A stretch of 64,000 nt of DNA from Pseudothermotoga sp. GTDB lineage: Bacteria; Thermotogota; Thermotogae; Thermotogales; DSM-5069. Of the stretch, positions 29,988-39,080 are shown piece after piece (positions within the stretch are counted from its first letter, which is position 1; each line of letters opens with the position of its first letter). The notes beneath the pieces are model-generated. The model was not told where the DNA came from. It searched no databases and saw nothing but the letters and a program-made list of their open reading frames with translations. Location of the stretch: NCBI GenBank assembly GCA_031962025.1, contig JAVRKW010000002.1; one strand, given 5' to 3'. Made by a program: the position numbers and the translations under genes.

Positions 29988-31532
29988 GTGGAAGGTACTG
30001 TGTGGTCGATACTGCCACCGCTTGTTGCCATCGTTTTATGTTTTATTACCAAAAACGTCCTGCTGTCTCTTTTCCTTGGCATTTTCACAGGCGGTCTGTT
30101 GCTGAACAACTTCAACCCCATCTCGGGAATTGGCTATTCTCTTGAAAAAATCATTGGTTCAATGGCAGACGAATGGGACGCAAAGTTGCTCTTGTTCAAT
30201 TTATTCATGGGTGCTGGTATAGCTTTTATATGGCGACTTGGTGGAAGCAAGGCACTTGCAGACTGGGCAAGAACAAGGATAAAAACCAAGAGATCTGCAA
30301 GCGTCTGGGCATGGCTTTTGGGAATCATCGTCTTTTTTAACGATTACATAAATGCGGCAATAGTTGGAAATGTCACAAGGGATATTTTTGAGCAGCACAG
30401 GATTTCAAAAGAAAAGCTTTCTTATATTCTCGATTCTACTTCTGCTCCTGTGGCAACTTTTTTCATCTCTGACTGGATAGCTTATCAACTGGCGATGATT
30501 CAAAATGGTATGGATGGTGCAGGTATAACAAATATCTCACCGCTAAAGGCATTCCTGGGAAGTATTCCTTTCAATTTCTACTGTATTTTCACGGTGATTT
30601 TTGTTGGAATCATCGCGATTACGAACTGGGATTTTGGAAGTATGTTGAAAGCAGAGATAAGAGCTCAGAGAGAAGGCAAGACTTCCAGAGATGGTGCATC
30701 ACCAATGTTGAACGTTGATTTCGAGCTTGGAAAACCAATAGAAAAAAAGCCGATGATCTTAACTTTTGTATTACCAATCCTGGCGCTGATAGTTGTGACA
30801 ATAATTGGGTTCTACTATACCGGTGCAAAGGTTGGAGGAGAAAGTCTCATCGAAAAACTCGGTAATGCCGATGCGGCAACCGCTTTGCTCTGGGGTGCTT
30901 TTGCAATGACGCTTACCGGTATGGCGATTGCTCTTGGTTTTAGACTGATGACAGTTACAGAGACTGTGAAGACGGTTTTAGAGGGATTCAAATTGATGCT
31001 GCTTGCGTGTTCAATTCTCGTGCTTGCCTGGTCGATAGGGACTGTGACGAAAGATATGAACCTTGCAGGGTATGTTGTCTCGGCAGTGGGAAAGAATATT
31101 TCTTTTGTTTTCGTCCCGGCAGTTATTTTTGTGGTTGGTATGCTGATCTCCTTTGCTACGGGTACTTCCTGGGGGACTATGGCAATAATAACTCCCATCG
31201 CCATACCAATAGCTTACAACATCACCAACGACGCTTGGCTTTCTGTTACAGTGATGGCTGGTGCGGTTTTTGCCGGTGCAATCTTTGGAGATCATTGCTC
31301 ACCTATTTCAGACACGACAGTTCTTGCTTCTATCTTTTCCGGGAGTGATCACATAGACCATGTGAACACACAGATACCCTATGCTCTCACCTGTGCTTTT
31401 GTGGCTCTGATCATGTATCTGATATACGGTGCTTTCAGAATATCTCCATTTGTGTTGGTTCCAGCCGGTATAATCATTTTGATATTCACAGCCAGATTGC
31501 TCAACAAAATATCCATGAAAAAATACGGATAA
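29988..31532 (+). CDS. NhaC-family Na+/H+ antiporter / amino-acid transporter
   Basis: FFNDY, DSTSAP, FATGTSWGT, GDHCSPISDTT; GTG start after GGGGAGGT. Confidence 0.92.
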   Translation: MEGTVWSILPPLVAIVLCFITKNVLLSLFLGIFTGGLLLNNFNPISGIGYSLEKIIGSMADEWDAKLLLFNLFMGAGIAFIWRLGGSKALADWARTRIKTKRSASVWAWLLGIIVFFNDYINAAIVGNVTRDIFEQHRISKEKLSYILDSTSAPVATFFISDWIAYQLAMIQNGMDGAGITNISPLKAFLGSIPFNFYCIFTVIFVGIIAITNWDFGSMLKAEIRAQREGKTSRDGASPMLNVDFELGKPIEKKPMILTFVLPILALIVVTIIGFYYTGAKVGGESLIEKLGNADAATALLWGAFAMTLTGMAIALGFRLMTVTETVKTVLEGFKLMLLACSILVLAWSIGTVTKDMNLAGYVVSAVGKNISFVFVPAVIFVVGMLISFATGTSWGTMAIITPIAIPIAYNITNDAWLSVTVMAGAVFAGAIFGDHCSPISDTTVLASIFSGSDHIDHVNTQIPYALTCAFVALIMYLIYGAFRISPFVLVPAGIIILIFTARLLNKISMKKYG

Positions 31533-31554
31533 GGTGGGCAGCTGCCCACCTTAT
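31529..31554. terminator. Bidirectional terminator between nhaC and topA
   Basis: Perfect palindrome ATAAGGTGGGCAGCTGCCCACCTTAT. Confidence 0.8.
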
Positions 31555-33719
31555 TTTTTCAAATCAAAGGACTTTTTGCAGTTCTGACAGTACAGAACTT
31601 CTTTCGATCGATTCTTCTTGTAATAAAGGGTTTGAGAACATTCGGGGCATTTTTCATCAGATGGTTCAAGCCAGCTTATGAAATCACAATTTTGATTTGT
31701 GCATTTGAAGAATACTCTTTTGTTCTTTGAGATCTTTTTTTCAACTACAGAAGAACATTTTGGACATTTACCCCTTGCAAAGCCTGTGTAAGTCCTGCCA
31801 CAGTTTTTGCATTTCAAATATTTTCCAAATTTTCCGTCCATTTGCTGTAGCTCATTTCCACAAACAGGGCATGTTATTTTCGATGAGTCTATTTTCGATG
31901 ATTCCTGTTCGAGCTGAAAATACATCTTCTCATCCAACACCGCCGGTGAATCAAGGGGAACGGAACTTGTTTTGGAACATTTCTGGCAGGCTAAGTACAG
32001 TCCGTACTTTCCAACCTTCAGATGATATTCTCCAGAGCAGTCGCATTTCAAATTGGTCGGGATGTCTATTGAAAGCCACTCTTTTTGAGCATCATCCAGA
32101 TATTTGGAGAACTGTTCGTAGAACTCTTTGAGCAACTCTCTGTAATCTTTCTGCCCCTGTTCTACTTTATCCAGTGCTTCCTCCATGCGTGCCGTAAACT
32201 GTAGATCTACTATCTGGGGGAATTTCTTTTCCATGTAATGATTGACCACAAAACCCATCACCGTCGGAACAAGTTCCTGGGATTTTTTGACAACGTACTT
32301 TCTTTCGATTAGGGTTGAGATTATGGTAGCATAAGTGCTCGGTCTACCTATGCCCCTTGCTTCGAGTGCTCTAACCATTGTGGCTTCGGAGTATCTCGAT
32401 GGGGGTTTTGTCTCATCTTCTTCTATCTGCCATTTGGTGACTGAAACTTCATCAGATGGAATTTCAAACTGCTGTTCTTTTTCTTTTTTCAACAGAACCT
32501 CAAAGCCGTCGAAGATTCTGTGCTCTATTTTTGCTTCAAATGTGTACCTGTTAGCTTCAAAGATGATTGTTGTCTCCTGGTAAATTGCTTCACTCATCTG
32601 CGATGCAACAAATCTTTCCCAGATGAGTCTGTAGAGCTTGGCGTGATCTTTTGACAGTTCTTTTTCAGCTTCTTTTGGGGTGAAATTCGCATCAACCGGT
32701 CTGATCGCTTCGTGTGCATCCTGAACATTCTGCCCCTTTTTTATGGGTGAACTTTGTGTTCCAAGGTATTTTTCACCGTAATTGTTCAGTATGTACTCTT
32801 TTGCCATTTGTTTTGCATATTCAGAAACTCTTGTGGAATCTGTTCTCATATAGGTTATGAAAGCCCTGTGCCCGCTTGGTGTGTCGATTCCTTCATACAG
32901 TTGCTGTGCAATCTGCATAGTTTTACTCACAGAAAAACCGAGCCTGTTTGCCGCTTCCTGTTGAAGTGTACTGGTTATGAAAGGCATAGGGGGTTTTTTT
33001 CGTACTTCTCTTTTTTTAACCTGTGTTACCTTCAACTTCTTTACGTTCTTTTCTATGTCCTGAGCTATTTGTTTTGTGACATCCTGCATTTCTATTCTTT
33101 TTTTGTCTATGTGCGTTAGATAAAATTTAATTGAACCCGCATAGCCCTGAACTTTCCAGAATTTTTTTGGGATAAACCTGTGTCTTTGGATCTCCCTTTC
33201 ACAGATGATTTTCAGCGCAGCCGATTGAACCCTGCCGGCGCTCAAATTCGCTTTGAGCATTTTCCATAGCAATGGGCTTATTTTATATCCCACTATGCGA
33301 TCGAGTATGCGTCTTGCCAATTGAGCTTGAACCTTGTTCATATCTATGTATCTTGGAGATTTTACTGCGCTTTTTATAGCCTGCGGCGTGATCTCGCTGA
33401 ACACAATCCTGTTCTTTTTGCCTGAAATTCCAAGTATATCCGCAAGATGCCAGGCTATTGCCTCACCTTCTCTATCCATATCCGATGCCAGCAAAACTTC
33501 TTTATTTCTGGTTTTTGTGGAAAGCTCCTGTACAACCTTTTCCTTTCCGTCGATGATCTTGAACTCTGGTTCAAAGTCTTTCTGTATATTCACACCGAAT
33601 TCCTTCTCGGGCAAATCGCGTACGTGCCCTTTTGAAGAAATCACGTCATATTCATCTTTGAGAATTTGCTGTATGGTCTTTGCTTTAGCAGGTGATTCAA
33701 CTATTATGACCTTTTTCAT
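31551..33719 (-). CDS. topA: DNA topoisomerase I
   Basis: IVESPAKAKTI, DMDREGE, SAGRVQS, ITYMRTDS, GIGRPSTY; C-terminal zinc ribbons. Confidence 0.98.
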   Translation of the reverse strand: MKKVIIVESPAKAKTIQQILKDEYDVISSKGHVRDLPEKEFGVNIQKDFEPEFKIIDGKEKVVQELSTKTRNKEVLLASDMDREGEAIAWHLADILGISGKKNRIVFSEITPQAIKSAVKSPRYIDMNKVQAQLARRILDRIVGYKISPLLWKMLKANLSAGRVQSAALKIICEREIQRHRFIPKKFWKVQGYAGSIKFYLTHIDKKRIEMQDVTKQIAQDIEKNVKKLKVTQVKKREVRKKPPMPFITSTLQQEAANRLGFSVSKTMQIAQQLYEGIDTPSGHRAFITYMRTDSTRVSEYAKQMAKEYILNNYGEKYLGTQSSPIKKGQNVQDAHEAIRPVDANFTPKEAEKELSKDHAKLYRLIWERFVASQMSEAIYQETTIIFEANRYTFEAKIEHRIFDGFEVLLKKEKEQQFEIPSDEVSVTKWQIEEDETKPPSRYSEATMVRALEARGIGRPSTYATIISTLIERKYVVKKSQELVPTVMGFVVNHYMEKKFPQIVDLQFTARMEEALDKVEQGQKDYRELLKEFYEQFSKYLDDAQKEWLSIDIPTNLKCDCSGEYHLKVGKYGLYLACQKCSKTSSVPLDSPAVLDEKMYFQLEQESSKIDSSKITCPVCGNELQQMDGKFGKYLKCKNCGRTYTGFARGKCPKCSSVVEKKISKNKRVFFKCTNQNCDFISWLEPSDEKCPECSQTLYYKKNRSKEVLYCQNCKKSFDLKK

Positions 33720-33732
33720 CAACATTCAGCGC

Positions 33733-33760
33733 AAAAAACTCCATCTTCTATAAGATGGAG
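33733..33760 (-). terminator. Terminator-like hairpin between pgm and topA
   Basis: CTCCATCTT-CTAT-AAGATGGAG with a U tract on the minus strand. Confidence 0.6.
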
Positions 33761-33794
33761 AATGTGCTGTACCCTCCTTTCTTATTTTCCCTTC

Positions 33795-35204
33795 CTATCT
33801 ACTCATTTTGCGTACAGCTAAGAGTATTGATTGAAAAGTTTGAAGATCCTTTGCCTCAATGTACACTCTCACAACTGGTTCTGTTCCAGAAGCTCTTGCA
33901 AGTATCCAGGAACCGGGTCTGTCAAAGAAATACCTGGTTCCATCGATCGAATCCTGATCGACGATTTTGATACCAGTCAGGTAATCTTTTATGTTTCTGT
34001 ATTTCGTCAAAAGTTCCTGTTTTTCCTTTTCATCGGTCAGCTCAAAGTCTATTCTCGTATTGAAGAATTCACCGTAGTTGCTACGGAAGTCTTTTCTTAT
34101 TTGCGAAAGACTCTTTTTTTCGTACGCAATCATCTCAAGAACCAGCAGACACGCTAAGATTCCGTCTTTTTCCGGTGTATGTCCCTGTATGGTAAGACCA
34201 CCGCTCTCTTCTCCCGCGATGACCGCGTTCTCTGAAAGAAGTACATTCGCAAGGAACTTAAACCCCACCGGTGTTTCAAGAACTTTTTGTTTGAAAAACT
34301 GTGCTACGGAATCAATCGCGTGGGATGTGGCAATTGTCCTTGCGACAGGTCCTTTCAAATTTCTGTGTGTATACAGATGATGAGCAAGCAGTGCGATTAC
34401 CTCATTTGGTTTAACGTATTCACCGTTGTCATCGACTATTCCAAATCTATCCGCATCGCCATCGGTTGCCACAACGACATCCCAGCCTCGATTTTTAACC
34501 TTTTCTGAAAGATCCCTCAGTCTATCTTCATCCGGTTCGGGTCTCTCGCCCCCAAAATACGGGTTCCTGTAATTGTGATAGACTTCAACTTCTCCGCAGA
34601 TCGATTTACACAGTTCGTCAAGATAACCTATTGAAGTCCCGTAAAGTAAATCTGCGATCACTTTCAAGCCTGCAGATCTGATCCTTTCAAGGTCGACTTT
34701 TTGTGCAATTGCTTTCATATAATCGGACTTTGGATCAAAGATTTCAAAAAGTTCCTTGGCACTTGCTTCGCGAATGCTGATCAATGGTACTTTACTTTCG
34801 TCTATTCTTTCGATTATAGCTTCTATTTCTTTTGTCACATCTGGTGGAGCAGGTGATCCATCAGCCGGGTTGAATTTTATACCGCAGTATTCAGGTGGAT
34901 TGTGCGATGCGGTGATGTTTATTCCACCAGAAAGCTTGTAGTGTCTTATCGCAAATGAAACGACGGGTGTTGGAGTGGGATTTTCCGGCATCAGTACCTT
35001 TATACCATTTGCCGCTAAGACCTGTGCTACCAGCTGGGCATAGTGCTCCGTCATGAATCGAGTGTCGCGTGCGACTATCACGGTTTTTCCGCCAACTTTC
35101 TTGATGTACTCGGCAATTGCCTGACTCACTATCTTTACGTTGCTGAATGTAAATTGATCACTTATGATAGCCCTCCAGCCAGATGTACCGAATTTTATCT
35201 TCAT
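33795..35204 (-). CDS. Phosphoglucomutase/phosphomannomutase
   Basis: FGTSGWR, TASHNP, DGDADR, GEESGG, RASGTEP. Confidence 0.95.
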   Translation of the reverse strand: MKIKFGTSGWRAIISDQFTFSNVKIVSQAIAEYIKKVGGKTVIVARDTRFMTEHYAQLVAQVLAANGIKVLMPENPTPTPVVSFAIRHYKLSGGINITASHNPPEYCGIKFNPADGSPAPPDVTKEIEAIIERIDESKVPLISIREASAKELFEIFDPKSDYMKAIAQKVDLERIRSAGLKVIADLLYGTSIGYLDELCKSICGEVEVYHNYRNPYFGGERPEPDEDRLRDLSEKVKNRGWDVVVATDGDADRFGIVDDNGEYVKPNEVIALLAHHLYTHRNLKGPVARTIATSHAIDSVAQFFKQKVLETPVGFKFLANVLLSENAVIAGEESGGLTIQGHTPEKDGILACLLVLEMIAYEKKSLSQIRKDFRSNYGEFFNTRIDFELTDEKEKQELLTKYRNIKDYLTGIKIVDQDSIDGTRYFFDRPGSWILARASGTEPVVRVYIEAKDLQTFQSILLAVRKMSR

Positions 35205-36247
35205 TGTTCAATCCCTCCCAGCCAGAGACGTCTTTGAAGGTGTTTGTCGTATTCACTCCAGAGTTTTTCAGCGCCATTTTTCTTTTCCTTTTCACCTATT
35301 GCTCTGAATCGTGCGAGCTTTGAATCCATGTTTTCAAGTGTGTGGATCACGAAGGCTTCTGCTGTTTTTGGTACCACAGGTGATCCCCATTCAAGCTCTC
35401 CGTGGTGAGAAAGAATTATGTGCTCTAACTGCATCAACTTGTTCCTGCTCAGTGAGATTTTGGCTGCATATTCTCTGACCATCTGTGTGCCGAGCACGAT
35501 GTGTCCGATCAATTCACCTTCATCGGTCATTTCAAAACCTTTTTGAGTTACTCTGTACTCCTTTACCTTTCCAATATCGTGCAAAATCGCACCGGCTATC
35601 AAAATGTCTTTGTTGAGAAACTGCTCGTACACAGTTGAAGCTCTTTTGCACAATGTTGCTACATCCACTGTATGCTCGAGCAGACCTCCAATGTAAGCAT
35701 GATGAACGCTTATACCGGCTGGAATCTGGATGAATTCTTTGACAAACGATTCATCTTCTATGAATATATTTTGCAGCAATTTTCTCAGCTCGTCATCTCG
35801 AATTTCTTTGATGAAAACGGTCAGTTTTTCGTACATTTTGTCGATGTCCTGGCTTGTTACATCGACAAATCTTTGAAAGTCGTACTCTGAATCGTTCAGG
35901 TATCTTATGGAATCTGGCTCTTTATCCAGATTAATCTGGACATGATCTTCAAAATAAACAACTCTTCCCTTTGCCAGAACGACATCGCCTTCGTTGATCT
36001 TGGTGAAATTTTTATCGGCATTGTACCAGTCAACAGCTCTCACACTTCCAGTCTTATCCACCAGAGTCATTAAGAGAAATTTTTTCTGATCTTTTGCTTC
36101 TTGAAGTTTTTTACTTGAAACCTTGGCTATGATCTTGACACTCTCGTTCAATTTTTGACTGAGCTGTTGAATGAATGGAAGATCAGAAAAGGCACTGATT
36201 CCAAGTTCATCAAAAACATTCTTGGGGATCTTGTCACCAAGTTTCAC
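35201..36247 (-). CDS. OB-fold/HD-domain 3'-5' exoribonuclease, YhaM family
   Basis: HHAYIGGLLEH, LHDIGK, GELIGHI, SHHGELEWGSP. Confidence 0.9.
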   Translation of the reverse strand: MKLGDKIPKNVFDELGISAFSDLPFIQQLSQKLNESVKIIAKVSSKKLQEAKDQKKFLLMTLVDKTGSVRAVDWYNADKNFTKINEGDVVLAKGRVVYFEDHVQINLDKEPDSIRYLNDSEYDFQRFVDVTSQDIDKMYEKLTVFIKEIRDDELRKLLQNIFIEDESFVKEFIQIPAGISVHHAYIGGLLEHTVDVATLCKRASTVYEQFLNKDILIAGAILHDIGKVKEYRVTQKGFEMTDEGELIGHIVLGTQMVREYAAKISLSRNKLMQLEHIILSHHGELEWGSPVVPKTAEAFVIHTLENMDSKLARFRAIGEKEKKNGAEKLWSEYDKHLQRRLWLGGIEQ

Positions 36248-36363
36248 AGTATTCCACTCCTCTCACATTACAGAACAATTTTATAACATATCCTCAAAAT
36301 CGGACATTTTGGCATTCACACAGGTTGTTTTCTATGATACAATAAAAATGCAAAGTGAATATG

Positions 36364-36455
36364 TTTGCAGGGGAGCTTCTAATCCGGGGCTGAGAGGAGG
36401 ACGGAAGTCCTCGACCCTTGAACCTGATCCGGGTAATGCCGGCGTAGGGAGCAAA
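36364..36455 (+). ncRNA. TPP riboswitch
   Basis: GGGG...GCTGAGA...ACCCTTGAACCTGATCCGGGTAATGCCGGCGTAGGGA consensus; P1 TTTGC/GCAAA; upstream of thiB. Confidence 0.96.
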
Positions 36456-36469
36456 TTGAAAACCAAATT

Positions 36470-36492
36470 ACCCCGCCGGTGGCGGGGTTTTA
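36470..36492 (+). terminator. Riboswitch expression-platform terminator
   Basis: ACCCCGCC-GGT-GGCGGGGT-TTT. Confidence 0.8.
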
Positions 36493-36512
36493 ACTTAGGG
36501 GAGGTGGTGTAT

Positions 36513-37499
36513 ATGAGAAAGTTGTTACTTATTGTATCACTAATTTTGGCTGTGTCAATATTCTCTCAAGAACTGGTTGTGTACACCTACAGCAGTTTTG
36601 CATCGGGCATTGCGCAGAAGGTTTTGCCGGTTTTTGAAAAACAGAACAACGTCAAAGTAAAAGTACTGTCTTTTGGGGATGCTGGAAATGTGCTTGCAAG
36701 GTTGATTCTTGAGAAAGATCAGCCAAAGGCAGATGTCGTGATTGGACTGGATCAACCCCTGCTCAGGCGTGCTGTTTCTGAAGGACTTTTGATGCAGTTC
36801 ACCCCGCAGAGCATATACAGAGTTAAAAATAAAGAGCTGCTTGACTTGCAGGGCTATGGCACGCCTTTCGATTATGGTGCAATTGCTCTGGTCTACAACA
36901 CCGAGAAAATCAGCAACCCACCCAGATCTTTCAGAGAGCTTCTTGATGAGAGATTCAGAAAAAAGCTGGTAGTTCAGGACCCTCGAACATCGAGCACAGG
37001 ACTTTCGTTCATGCTTTGGACGGTTGCGGCTTTTGGTGAAGATGGATTTTTGGAATACTGGAAAAATTTGAAAAACAACATTTTAACCATAACACCGGGA
37101 TGGGATGAAGCTTTTAGCATGCTTGAAACCGGTGAAGCTGACATAATGGTGAGCTATGCAACTGATGGTGCCTACAGTTATCATGAGTATGGTAGCCTCA
37201 AGTACCTGCCGGTGATAATGGAAGAAGGTGCCTTTGTGCAGATTGAGTACGCGGCGATCGTGAAAGGTGCAAAAAATGTCGAGCTTGCAAAGAAATTCAT
37301 CGAATTTGTTTTGAGCGAAGAATTTCAATCTCAGATACCGTTGAATCAATGGATGTACCCGGTTATAGAAATAGAACTTCCGCAGGCGTACAGATACGCA
37401 CCCGATGTAGGCAAAATTCTACCGTTTGATTATGAAGTGTTTGATCAAAAAGGCAAAGAATGGCTTGAACAGTGGGCAAAGGTAATGATAGGTAAATGA
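36513..37499 (+). CDS. thiB: Thiamine ABC transporter substrate-binding protein
   Basis: VYTYSSF, PFDYG, QDPRTSSTGL, VSYATD, QIE, NQWMYP; TPP riboswitch upstream. Confidence 0.92.
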   Translation: MRKLLLIVSLILAVSIFSQELVVYTYSSFASGIAQKVLPVFEKQNNVKVKVLSFGDAGNVLARLILEKDQPKADVVIGLDQPLLRRAVSEGLLMQFTPQSIYRVKNKELLDLQGYGTPFDYGAIALVYNTEKISNPPRSFRELLDERFRKKLVVQDPRTSSTGLSFMLWTVAAFGEDGFLEYWKNLKNNILTITPGWDEAFSMLETGEADIMVSYATDGAYSYHEYGSLKYLPVIMEEGAFVQIEYAAIVKGAKNVELAKKFIEFVLSEEFQSQIPLNQWMYPVIEIELPQAYRYAPDVGKILPFDYEVFDQKGKEWLEQWAKVMIGK

Positions 37500-39046
37500 A
37501 AAAGAAGATATTTCTGGTACTGGTGCCGGTGGTTTTTATCGGCACCTTTCTGATTTATCCACTGATCCTATTGTTTTTGAGATTTTCTGTTGACAATTTC
37601 TATCAGGCATTTTCAAAGAATACAGGCATCATAAAATTCACAGTTTTTCAAGCGCTGATTTCGGCTGTCTTGACGATGTTTCTTGGGATACCCGGCGCTT
37701 ACTTGATTGCAAGAACAAAGCTTCCCGGGATTTTGAGAAGTCTTTTGAAATCTGCCAGCATGGTACCTTTTGTTCTTCCGGGAATATCTATGGCTATAGG
37801 TTTTTTACTGACCTTTGGTAACAATGGTTTGGTGAATTTGTTTTTGTCTGTGTTCAATCTGAAAATGAGAATACTGTATACGTTCACAGCGGTTTTGATG
37901 GGACACGTGTTTTACAATTTTCCTCTGTTCATAAGAATTGTCGGCGATGCACTTGAAAGAATAGACAAAAACCTTCTTGAAATGGCTAATCTCGAAGGAG
38001 CTTCAAGATTTGAAAGATTCTGGTACATCGAATTGCCTTTGATAGCTCCGGCTATCGGTTCAGCTTTTGCCCTTTCGTACCTTTACTGTTTTACCAGTTT
38101 TGCCGTTGTCTTAATCTTGGGGGGAGTCAGATTTTCCACAATTGAAGTGAGCATATACATGTATCTTAAAGTGCTTCTGGATTTTGAAAGCGCACTGTCT
38201 CTGACATTTTTTCAGATGATCTTTGTGGTACTTGCAAGTCTTATTTTTCTGATGCTTTCCAATAAATCGCAACAATACTTCGGTGAACCATTCAAAGAGA
38301 AAAAACCAGGATGGTCTTATTTTTATATCGCGATTGTTGGCTTTTTGGTCTTTTTACCGCTTACCATGGCTTCTGTTGGTGGATTTTTGAGATACGGTGG
38401 AACCTTCACAGTAGAAAATTTCAAAAGATTGTTCAGTCAGAGCGTTGAATGGATAATTGGTGCAAATGCTGAATCTGTGATTTTTTACAGCATATTTTTG
38501 AGTTTTTCAGTGAGCCTGATAGTCTGTCTTCTTGGGTTGATCAGTTCTTATGCTTCTGTCAGACTGAAGAGCCCTTTTTCGGTGCTGATGTATTTGCCGG
38601 TGGCTGTCTCTCCAGCCACTATGGCTTTTGGAATGATTCTTATGAACAAAATACCTCAGGCAGTAAAACTCGGATCTGTTTACGCTTTGATATCTTTACC
38701 TTTGGTTCACAGCTCACTTGAAAATGTCTGGAGAAGTCTTCAAAAAGAATTGGAAGAAGTGAGCAAACTTGACGGCTGTGGACCTGTGAAAAGGTTTTTC
38801 AAAATAACTCTGCCCATCTTTAGAAAAGAATTGCTTGGAGCCTTCGCGTTTTGCATGGCAATCTCACTTGGAGAGATCACAGCAACGATAATTCTCTCAG
38901 ATGGTCAACTGACAACACTATCTGTCGCAACTTATAAACTTTTCAGCACCCGCCACATTGGCGAAGCTCAGGCACTGAACTCGATTTTGATGTGGATTGT
39001 GCTGATTCTGTTCTTTGTCAGTGAGCAAACATCGCACAAAACTTGA
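37496..39046 (+). CDS. thiP: Thiamine ABC transporter permease (two TM domains)
   Basis: Two EAA-like loops; GHVFYNFP; ATGA overlap with thiB. Confidence 0.88.
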   Translation: MKKKIFLVLVPVVFIGTFLIYPLILLFLRFSVDNFYQAFSKNTGIIKFTVFQALISAVLTMFLGIPGAYLIARTKLPGILRSLLKSASMVPFVLPGISMAIGFLLTFGNNGLVNLFLSVFNLKMRILYTFTAVLMGHVFYNFPLFIRIVGDALERIDKNLLEMANLEGASRFERFWYIELPLIAPAIGSAFALSYLYCFTSFAVVLILGGVRFSTIEVSIYMYLKVLLDFESALSLTFFQMIFVVLASLIFLMLSNKSQQYFGEPFKEKKPGWSYFYIAIVGFLVFLPLTMASVGGFLRYGGTFTVENFKRLFSQSVEWIIGANAESVIFYSIFLSFSVSLIVCLLGLISSYASVRLKSPFSVLMYLPVAVSPATMAFGMILMNKIPQAVKLGSVYALISLPLVHSSLENVWRSLQKELEEVSKLDGCGPVKRFFKITLPIFRKELLGAFAFCMAISLGEITATIILSDGQLTTLSVATYKLFSTRHIGEAQALNSILMWIVLILFFVSEQTSHKT

Positions 39047-39053
39047 AAAAATA

Positions 39054-39076
39054 AGGTGAGCCACAACGGCTCACCT
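39054..39076. terminator. Hairpin between convergent thiP and the repeat lipoprotein gene
   Basis: AGGTGAGCC-ACAAC-GGCTCACCT. Confidence 0.65.
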
Positions 39077-39080
39077 GTAT

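Noticed and set aside
36171..36512. 114-aa N-terminal extension of ThiB in the ORF track
   Set aside because: Spans the promoter and TPP riboswitch; the RBS and signal peptide start at 36513
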